Under the pieces are notes generated by a model. It was given only the letters and a program-made list of their open reading frames with translations, was not told where the DNA came from and did not search any database. From Draconibacterium orientale (GTDB lineage Bacteria > Bacteroidota > Bacteroidia > Bacteroidales > DYQJ01), in assembly GCA_020719345.1 (NCBI GenBank), contig DYQJ01000001.1:5621-44518 (forward strand): a DNA stretch of 38,898 nt. The letters are read 5' to 3'. Position numbers and translations under genes: made by a program. Shown here in pieces: positions 38,693 through 38,898 of this stretch. Position 1 is the stretch's first letter. Every line of letters begins with the position of its first letter.

Positions 38693-38898
38693 TTAATTTT
38701 GTTTTCCACTCAATTTTTGCATTAGTTCCGTTATTAGTCTATCCTTTTCTTGCAGTATTTCTTCGTTCTCCTTCAGTTTTTGGTCTTTCTGCTGTATTAT
38801 TTCTTCGTTCTCCTTCAGTTTTTGGTCTTTCTGCTGTATTATATCCTCTTTCTCCTTCAGTTTCTGCGTTTTTTCAAGGATAATATTTTTACTTTCTT
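38693..38898 (-). CDS. 3' end of a gene entering from the right edge; coiled-coil tail with 14-aa repeats (not in the ORF track)
   Basis: Manual translation: ...ESKNIILEKTQKLKEKEDIIQQKDQKLKENEEIIQQKDQKLKENEEILQEKDRLITELMQKLSGKQN*; TAA at 38693-38695, 14 nt before the regulator ATG. Confidence 0.8.
   Translation of the reverse strand, partial: ESKNIILEKTQKLKEKEDIIQQKDQKLKENEEIIQQKDQKLKENEEILQEKDRLITELMQKLSGKQN
38756..38866. repeat. 42-bp coding tandem repeat (two exact copies plus a degenerate partial copy)
   Basis: 38759-38800 is identical to 38801-38842 (TTCTTCGTTCTCCTTCAGTTTTTGGTCTTTCTGCTGTATTAT). Confidence 0.92.

Noticed and set aside
38401-38883. 160-aa plus-strand ORF with LRSPSVFGLSAVL repeats
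   Set aside because: It is the antisense shadow of the response regulator and the coiled-coil gene; the minus-strand reading fits the operon.
1-38898. tRNA/rRNA genes, integrase, transposase or prophage genes
   Set aside because: None were recognised; the intergenic gaps are short and AT-rich with no cloverleaf-like sequence.

Overview
AT-rich bacterial chromosomal window. Gene content and repeated TAnnTTTG (-7) promoter boxes point to Bacteroidota, probably Bacteroidales-like (inference). The core is housekeeping: rplM-rpsI-rpsB-tsf, a ROK kinase, sufC-sufD, DAHP synthase/chorismate mutase, nadC, a RidA protein, a U32 protein and ispF. Signalling genes include two SpoIIE/PP2C phosphatases, a hemerythrin, a chemoreceptor and a NarL-type regulator. 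Accessory patch 1 (about 3.9-7.5 kb) holds a DUF4258/DUF2283 toxin-antitoxin-like pair and a probably frameshift-split ORF, both bracketed by two direct copies of a palindromic element, next to a GmrSD-type nuclease. Accessory patch 2 (about 24-32 kb) holds an ankyrin/beta-propeller protein, a GldK-like/MORN/GldN-like reading frame split by one in-frame TGA, and a single-chain restriction-modification enzyme with a REP-like palindrome inside its coding sequence. The window opens inside a spacer-less 51-52 bp tandem array built from heptamers plus a hairpin. All protein calls come from motif recognition by eye; no searches were run.
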